A DNA stretch of 11,809 nucleotides from a virus (Duplodnaviria > Heunggongvirae > Uroviricota > Caudoviricetes): IMG/VR virus record IMGVR_UViG_2563366941_000003; one strand, 5' to 3'. Shown here piece after piece: positions 6,756-11,809 of the stretch (the first letter of the stretch is position 1; every line of letters starts with the position of its first letter). Both the position numbers and the translations under genes were made by a program. The notes beneath the pieces were generated by a model that saw only the letters and a program-made list of their open reading frames with translations, was not told the DNA's origin and ran no database searches.

Positions 6756-7014
6756 GAATCAACTCCGATGCATTTGGTGTGTTAGCCTTGAATCCAACAG
6801 GTAAGCCGTCGGTTGGATTCGGGTAAATATCAGGCCGGAGTTCATGAGGTGTAACCTCGAAATTCGTTACTTCAGCAACACGTAATGCTTTTTCAGGGCT
6901 GAATCTTTCATAGCCCCCCAGCACTCGACTTACATGCACCTGAGATAAACCCGTTAGCTTCCCAAACTGTAGCTGGGTGATATGTTTCTCTTTTAAATAG
7001 TCTCTTAAGTTCAT
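6739..7014 (-). CDS. ydaS: YdaS-family Cro-like HTH regulator
   Basis: ATG at 7012-7014 with AAGG Shine-Dalgarno; the track start at 7020 is TTG. HTH segment QLQFGKLTGLSQVHVSRVL. ELRPDI motif shared with K-12 YdaS as recalled. Divergent from the repressor gene. Confidence 0.7.
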   Translation of the reverse strand: MNLRDYLKEKHITQLQFGKLTGLSQVHVSRVLGGYERFSPEKALRVAEVTNFEVTPHELRPDIYPNPTDGLPVGFKANTPNASELIHENQA

Positions 7015-7121
7015 AGCCAACCTTCTACGTTATGCCTCGAGCAAATATTAGCCCTGCTAATTTTAAAGATCAATAGCCAGACTATCTTTGATAATATTGG
7101 TAAAACAAATAAACTCTATGT
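7015..7121. promoter_or_regulatory. Divergent promoter/operator region of the immunity switch
   Basis: 107-bp AT-rich intergenic region between the divergent cro-like and repressor genes. Inverted repeats TTAGC-N3-GCTAA (about 7048-7060) and AAAGAT-N13-ATCTTT (about 7065-7089). racR ATG has no Shine-Dalgarno, possibly a leaderless transcript. Confidence 0.4.
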
Positions 7122-7583
7122 ATGAAAAAAACACGCGAAGTGATTGCAACTCCAGAAGCGAGCAAGAATTTAAAAGCCGCATGGAATGCAAGAAAAAAAG
7201 AGCTGAAGCTGACTCAAGAGCTGGCGGCTGAGTTGTTGGGATTCGAATCTCAAGGCACCGTTAGCCAGTATCTGAACGGCAAGATACCGGTAAATACCGA
7301 CGCTGCGCTAAAATTTGCGGCTCTGTTAAAGGTAAAACCAGAGGACATTCGAGAAGACCTTAAAGACTTAATGAATTATGTAAGATCATCAGATACTTAT
7401 GATGATAACTTTTCAGGCAAAGGATGGAGGCTGGTCAATGAAGAACAGGCAGAGTTACTTAACCTCTTCGAGATTCTACCTGCGTCAGAAAAAGCCAAAC
7501 TCCTTAACCAGCTACGTGGACTAAACAAGCTCTACGAGGAAGCCTTCGAGAACATGCTGGCACTAAAGAAACGTAACCAGTAG
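7122..7583 (+). CDS. racR: RacR-like prophage repressor (XRE-family HTH)
   Basis: HTH segment LTQELAAELLGFESQGTVSQYL. Position and orientation match racR relative to ydaS/ydaT in Rac. 153 aa with no S24 peptidase domain. Symbol assigned by synteny plus family resemblance. Confidence 0.6.
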   Translation: MKKTREVIATPEASKNLKAAWNARKKELKLTQELAAELLGFESQGTVSQYLNGKIPVNTDAALKFAALLKVKPEDIREDLKDLMNYVRSSDTYDDNFSGKGWRLVNEEQAELLNLFEILPASEKAKLLNQLRGLNKLYEEAFENMLALKKRNQ

Positions 7584-7609
7584 CCACCGCTCACTACCCC
7601 ATCCACAAC

Positions 7610-7640
7610 AAAAAAACCGACGTCTTAGTCGGTTTTTTTG
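7610..7640 (+). terminator. Rho-independent terminator after racR (potentially bidirectional)
   Basis: A-run, CCGAC-GTCTTA-GTCGG hairpin, then T7 (7633-7639). Confidence 0.7.
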
Positions 7641-7736
7641 TGCCATAACTTCTGCAAATCAGCTGTATAACTAATATTTTTCCCTTGAAAAAACATTTAC
7701 ATAGTTACCAAATCAAAAATATCATACGCCATACTG

Positions 7737-7765
7737 TTGACTTAAAATATCCGCGTTACTAATAT
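7737..7765 (+). promoter_or_regulatory. Candidate sigma70 promoter for the plus-strand early operon
   Basis: TTGACT (7737-7742), 17-bp spacer, TAATAT (7760-7765), about 70 nt upstream of the ATG at 7837. Confidence 0.5.
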
Positions 7766-7836
7766 TTCTATCAAGAACAGCACGGCGCTGTAGGTTTTAG
7801 TTCCGCCACCCGGCGTTAAGGGGAAATGAGGTCAGC

Positions 7837-7992
7837 ATGGATACTATCGAGCTTGGCAACAACGAATCTCTGGTGTACGGCGTGTTTCCCAACCAGGACG
7901 GCACATTCACCGCGATGACGTATACCAAAAGCAAAACGTTTAAAACCGAAAATGGTGCCCGTCGCTGGCTGGAAAGAAACTCAGGTGAGTGA
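7837..7992 (+). CDS. Small protein (51 aa), YdaF/YdaG-like Rac early protein
   Basis: Not in the ORF track (below 60 aa). ATG 7837 with GAGG Shine-Dalgarno 5 nt upstream. Translation MDTIELGNNESLVYGVFPNQDGTFTAMTYTKSKTFKTENGARRWLERNSGE; stop TGA 7990-7992. Size and position match the small genes next to racR in Rac. Confidence 0.5.
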   Translation: MDTIELGNNESLVYGVFPNQDGTFTAMTYTKSKTFKTENGARRWLERNSGE

Positions 7993-7993
7993 T

Positions 7994-8122
7994 ATGGATT
8001 TCGACACAATCATGGAAAAGGCTTACGAAGAATACTTCGATGGTCTTGCCGAAGGCGAAGAAGCTCTCAGCTTCAGTGAATTTAAACAGGCGCTTTCCAG
8101 TTCGGGAAAATCTAACGGCTGA
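7994..8122 (+). CDS. Small protein (42 aa), YdaF/YdaG-like Rac early protein
   Basis: ATG 7994, one nt after the upstream stop (coupled). Translation MDFDTIMEKAYEEYFDGLAEGEEALSFSEFKQALSSSGKSNG; stop TGA 8120-8122. Confidence 0.45.
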   Translation: MDFDTIMEKAYEEYFDGLAEGEEALSFSEFKQALSSSGKSNG

Positions 8123-8151
8123 TAAGCGAAACAGCACCGCGAGGAATCAGT

Positions 8152-8370
8152 ATGCAGAAACGAGAACCCGTCATCATCGCGCCAGACTATACCGATGATG
8201 AACTTTATGAGTGGATGCGCCAGAAAATTAATGCAGTGCAGGATCTGAAATGGGCCAATGAAGCCAGGACTAAGCAGGCTGAAAATCTGTCCGCTCTGGA
8301 GCAGGATATCACCAGGCTGGAAAAAGCAGCGGCATTAAGCATTGCCAGAATGGTTACATACCCACGTTAA
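8152..8370 (+). CDS. Hypothetical protein (72 aa)
   Basis: ATG 8152 with GAGGAA Shine-Dalgarno 5-6 nt upstream; hydrophilic with a predicted helical C-terminal half. No family recognised. Confidence 0.55.
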   Translation: MQKREPVIIAPDYTDDELYEWMRQKINAVQDLKWANEARTKQAENLSALEQDITRLEKAAALSIARMVTYPR

Positions 8371-8392
8371 TAGCTAACCAACGAGGCTAATA

Positions 8393-8794
8393 ATGGAATT
8401 TAAAGATTTACCAATGCCATTCCAGGAAATGGCAGCGAATGTGGTTCGCTCTCAACTGGCGACTCTTGACCTGAGTACTGTAGAAAAGGAAACCATCGAT
8501 ACTATATCCGGTAACGTGCGTCGTGCCTTTATAGGTCTGTATGAAGAGAAGCGCCTATTCGGCGGACAGAATTCGCCTGAAAACAAGAATCAAGCAAATG
8601 ATGAGAAGCTGAAACACATTATCGCCTTACTTTTGGAAGACGCAAAACGTCTACAGCAACTGGAACCAAATGCAGGCACAGAGGCCCGCATTTGGATTGC
8701 CATGAAATCACTCAAATGTGAAAGCAGTGATTATTTCAAAACAACAATTAAAACTACTCAACTTTCGGGAGAGCTACTGAAGAAATTGCCATAA
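8393..8794 (+). CDS. Hypothetical protein (133 aa), AT-rich gene
   Basis: ATG 8393 with GAGG Shine-Dalgarno 6 nt upstream. No family recognised. Visibly AT-richer than the flanks (by eye). Confidence 0.55.
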   Translation: MEFKDLPMPFQEMAANVVRSQLATLDLSTVEKETIDTISGNVRRAFIGLYEEKRLFGGQNSPENKNQANDEKLKHIIALLLEDAKRLQQLEPNAGTEARIWIAMKSLKCESSDYFKTTIKTTQLSGELLKKLP

Positions 8795-9032
8795 GAGCAT
8801 GGTCTTTCTCTTGTTCTGCAAGATGAGCATTAATACCTGGTATGGTTTTTTCAAATTTATCTATCTGTTGAATAACAACTTCGCGGTATACGTTTGTTTT
8901 TGTACCACCAAGCGCAGCCGTTAATGCAGAAAGCATATTTAGTATCATATCAGTGCGATATGAAAGAATCCTGATAGCTTCATCTTGTTCTTCAATAATA
9001 GATTGCAGGGCCTCAATTTGCTTTTTATCCAT
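8754..9032 (-). CDS. Hypothetical protein (92 aa), convergent with and overlapping the 3' end of the 133-aa gene
   Basis: ATG 9030-9032 with AGGAGG Shine-Dalgarno 5 nt upstream; the track start at 9071 is GTG. Helical/coiled-coil-like N-terminus MDKKQIEALQSIIEEQDEAIRIL. The 3' end overlaps the 8393-8794 gene by 41 nt. Confidence 0.5.
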   Translation of the reverse strand: MDKKQIEALQSIIEEQDEAIRILSYRTDMILNMLSALTAALGGTKTNVYREVVIQQIDKFEKTIPGINAHLAEQEKDHALMAISSVALPKVE

Positions 9033-9603
9033 TTCACCCTCCTGAGGGTTGGTAATTAAGGAGTTCTCCACTGGTCAGGTGGAGTGCGTGCGCCGGACAC
9101 GGGTGAGCATCCGGCACTGACAGTTTACTGAAAGGATATGTCCCTGAAAAGTCAGGGCATAACGCGAAAGCGCACGGCGAAATTGGTCTCTCTGTACGGT
9201 GTCGTTAAATTTAGTTCGACCGTGCGCTTCCGGTTGTGGCACTCCGCGAAATGGCGCGGCGGTAAGTATGGCTGGGGTTTCCTCCATTGCTCCAGAAAAT
9301 GCACCGGGTTGTCAGGTTGACCATACGCTTAAGTGACAACCCCGCTACAACGCCCTCTGTTATCAATTTTCTGGTGACATTTGGCGGTATCAGTTTTACT
9401 CCGTGACTGCTCTGCCGCCCTTTTTAAAGTGAATTTTGTGATGCGGTGAATGCGGCTATGCGCACGCGGAACAGTTAAAGCAGTAAGGCGGTATTTTACG
9501 GGCGTAACGAGCATCAACTAACCCGGCGTTAATTGTTAACTGGTTAACGTCACCTGGAGGCACCAGGCACTGCATCACAAAATTCATTGTTGAGGACGCG
9601 ATA

Positions 9604-9792
9604 ATGGAAACGTTATTACCAAACGTTAATACGTCTGAAGGTTGTTTTGAAATTGGTGTCACTATCAGTAACCCTGTATTTACTGAAGATGCCATTAACA
9701 AGAGAAAACACGAACGGGAGTTATTAAATAAAATATGCATTCTTTCAATGCTGGCCCGTTTACGTCCGATACAAAAAGGATGTGCACAATGA
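9604..9792 (+). CDS. Hypothetical small protein (62 aa), in the position occupied by kil-type genes in Rac/lambda
   Basis: ATG 9604 with GAGG Shine-Dalgarno 8 nt upstream. Stop overlaps the next start (ATGA at 9789-9792). Function assigned by position only. Confidence 0.45.
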   Translation: METLLPNVNTSEGCFEIGVTISNPVFTEDAINKRKHERELLNKICILSMLARLRPIQKGCAQ

Positions 9793-9980
9793 ATACAGCA
9801 TTTGCACTTGTTCTGACAGTTTTTCTTGTTTCCGGAGAGCCAGTTGATATTGCAGTCAGTGTTCACAGGACAATGCAGGAGTGTATGACTGCAGCAACCG
9901 AACAGAAAATTCCCGGTAACTGTTACCCGGTCGATAAAGTTATTCACCAGGATAATAACGAAATCCCGGCAGGTCTTTAA
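9789..9980 (+). CDS. Small secreted/membrane protein (63 aa) with N-terminal signal-peptide-like segment
   Basis: ATG 9789 overlaps the upstream stop. MNTAFALVLTVFLVSGEPV hydrophobic leader followed by a Cys-containing hydrophilic tail. The track's 81-aa ORF includes an unlikely upstream extension. Confidence 0.5.
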   Translation: MNTAFALVLTVFLVSGEPVDIAVSVHRTMQECMTAATEQKIPGNCYPVDKVIHQDNNEIPAGL

Positions 9981-10072
9981 AACAGTTCCGTAATAAATAT
10001 CCGGTTTCATTCTTATATGCCAGCAATGGCAGGGATTTGTTCACCCTTAAATCTGTAATGAGGTAAAACAAA

Positions 10073-11809
10073 ATGAGTAAAGTCTTTATTTGCGCCGCCA
10101 TTCCGGACGAACAGGCAATAAAGGAAGAAGGTGCAGTCGCTGTAGCCACTGCCATTGAAGCCGGTGATGAACGTCGCGCCCGCGCAAAATTTCACTGGCA
10201 ATTCCTGGAACATTATCCGGCTGCTCAGGACTGCGCTTATAAATTTCTTGTCTGCGAGGATAAACCCGGTATACCCCGCCCTGCCCTAGATTCCTGGGAT
10301 GCTGAATATATGCAGGAAAACCGCTGGGATGAGGCGTCTGCTTCCTTTGTCCCGGTTGAGACTGAATCAGATCCGATGAACGTCACTTTTGACAAGCTGG
10401 CCCCTGAAGTACAGAACGCTGTCATGGTTAAGTTCGACACATGTGAAAACATCACCGTTGATATGGTGATTAGCGCGCAGGAACTGTTGCAGGAAGACAT
10501 GGCAACATTCGACGGACATATCGTTGAAGCGTTGATGAAAATGCCAGAAGTTAACGCCATGTATCCGGAGCTTAAGCTGCATGCCATCGGGTGGGTTAAG
10601 CATAAATGTAAGCCTGGTGCCAAATGGCCCGAAATTCAGGCAGAGATGCGCATCTGGAAAAAACGTCGCGAAGGTGAACGCAAGGAAGCCGGAAAATACA
10701 CGTCTGTTGTTGATCTCGCCCGCGCCAGAGCCAATCAACAGCACACTGAAAATTCAACAGGAAAAATCAACCCGGTCATTGCTGCCATTCATCGCGAATA
10801 CAAGCAGACATGGAAAACACTGGATGACGAACTGGCCTACGCTCTCTGGCCTGGTGATGTGGATGCCGGAAACATTGACGGCAGCATCCATCGCTGGGCA
10901 AAAAATGAAGTTATCGACAACGACCGCGAAGACTGGAAGCGTATCTCGGCATCAATGCGCAAACAGCCTGATGCCCTTCGCTACGACCGCCAGACTATTT
11001 TTGGCCTTGTCCGTGAACGTCCGATCGACATTCACAAAGACCCTGTGGCACTGAACAAATACATTACTGAATACCTGACTACAAAGGGCGTGTTTGAAGA
11101 TGAAGGAACAAATCAGAGCGCAACTGATACTCTCTCGTCGCCAGTACCAGAAACTGATGCAGTGGAAACGGCAATTCCGGACAACGAAAAAACCGAATGC
11201 AAAGTGGAAGTCGAACCATCTGTAGAACGTGAGGGGCCGTTCTACTTCCTCTTCACCGACAAGGATGGCGAAAAATACGGTCGCGCAAACAAACTTTCTG
11301 GTCTGGATAAGGCGCTGTCTGCTGGGGCTACTGAAATCACGAAAGAAGAATATTTCGCCCGCAAAAACGGTACATACTCAGGTTCACAACAAAATACTGG
11401 TGCATCTGACACGACCGCACAACCAGGGTCAGTAAAAGTTACCGCTGACGAAGTAAACAAAATTATGCAGGCAGCCAATATCAGCCAGCCTGACGCCGAT
11501 GAACTGCTTGCAGTATCACGTGGTGAATTTGTTGAAGGGATTAGCGACCCGAATGATCCGAAATGGGTTAAGGGGAACCAGACCCGCGATTCTGTGAACC
11601 AGAACCAGCAAGAAACGGAACAGAACGACCAGAAAGCGGAACAAAACAGCCCAAATGCGTTACAAAACGAGCCAGAAACGAAACAGCCTGAATCAGTGGC
11701 GCAACAGGAAGTGGAAAAAGTCTGCACCGCCTGCGGTCAGACCGGCGGCGGCAACTGCCCTGATTGTGGCGCGGTAATGGGCGACGCAACATACCAGGAA
11801 ACATTCGAT
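10073..11809 (+). CDS. recE: RecE-like exodeoxyribonuclease VIII, N-terminal 579 codons (3' end beyond window)
   Basis: ATG 10073 with an in-frame TAA 9 nt upstream and GAGG Shine-Dalgarno. Frame open to the last base of the window; missed by the ORF track because there is no stop. Segments LLAVSRGEFVEGISDPNDPKWVKG and C..C...NCPDCGAVMGDATYQETFD match the non-catalytic region of Rac RecE as I recall it. The N-terminal ~400 aa differ from K-12 RecE. Confidence 0.6.
   Translation, partial: MSKVFICAAIPDEQAIKEEGAVAVATAIEAGDERRARAKFHWQFLEHYPAAQDCAYKFLVCEDKPGIPRPALDSWDAEYMQENRWDEASASFVPVETESDPMNVTFDKLAPEVQNAVMVKFDTCENITVDMVISAQELLQEDMATFDGHIVEALMKMPEVNAMYPELKLHAIGWVKHKCKPGAKWPEIQAEMRIWKKRREGERKEAGKYTSVVDLARARANQQHTENSTGKINPVIAAIHREYKQTWKTLDDELAYALWPGDVDAGNIDGSIHRWAKNEVIDNDREDWKRISASMRKQPDALRYDRQTIFGLVRERPIDIHKDPVALNKYITEYLTTKGVFEDEGTNQSATDTLSSPVPETDAVETAIPDNEKTECKVEVEPSVEREGPFYFLFTDKDGEKYGRANKLSGLDKALSAGATEITKEEYFARKNGTYSGSQQNTGASDTTAQPGSVKVTADEVNKIMQAANISQPDADELLAVSRGEFVEGISDPNDPKWVKGNQTRDSVNQNQQETEQNDQKAEQNSPNALQNEPETKQPESVAQQEVEKVCTACGQTGGGNCPDCGAVMGDATYQETFD

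Noticed and set aside
7797-8198. ORFs 7797..8009 (-), 7940..8137 (-) and 7989..8198 (+)
   Set aside because: They overlap the two coupled small genes (7837-7992, 7994-8122), which have proper start signals and Rac-like size and position. The translations look non-protein-like.
9075-9517. ORFs 9075..9287 (-), 9138..9320 (+), 9329..9517 (-) in the hairpin-rich interval
   Set aside because: No ribosome-binding sites, mutually overlapping, with Arg/Cys-rich improbable translations. The region is better read as noncoding or decayed.
9456-11804. Minus-strand ORFs 9456..10010, 9940..10155, 10013..10213, 10237..10623, 10367..10744, 11242..11727, 11568..11804 and plus-strand ORFs 10581..11054, 11229..11435
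   Set aside because: They overlap the continuous 579-codon recE-like frame or the coupled small genes. Cys/Ser-rich artefactual translations with no start signals.
1-11809. tRNA, rRNA or CRISPR loci
   Set aside because: No cloverleaf-like conserved tRNA elements, rRNA-like sequence or repeat-spacer arrays were seen on either strand.

Overview
This window is the interior of a Rac-type lambdoid prophage (enterobacterial, E. coli/Shigella-like), with the end of an IS1 element at its left edge. Everything here comes from reading the sequence and recalled protein-family knowledge; no database search or computation was run. Layout: 1-183 is the IS1 terminus (insA 5' part, minus strand), inserted into the start of a gene (184-228). 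355-2217 is a terminator-bounded two-gene cassette with its own promoter (216-aa unknown protein plus an HTH/ImmA-IrrE metallopeptidase fusion); this is the best candidate for an undescribed toxin-antitoxin or anti-phage module. Next come a Hok-family type I toxin (2286-2441), a queH-like gene (2679-3365), two coupled phage genes (3519-4730), a lambda-P-like helicase loader and an O-like initiator with a DnaT-like C-domain and two clusters of ~10-bp GTGAC repeats (4764-6258), and the immunity region ydaT/ydaS versus racR (6330-7583). The plus-strand early operon carries two small YdaF/YdaG-like genes, an AT-rich three-gene insert where Rac carries sieB (8152-9032), an ORF-poor hairpin-rich interval (9072-9600), two coupled small proteins, and the first 579 codons of a recE-like gene running off the window end.
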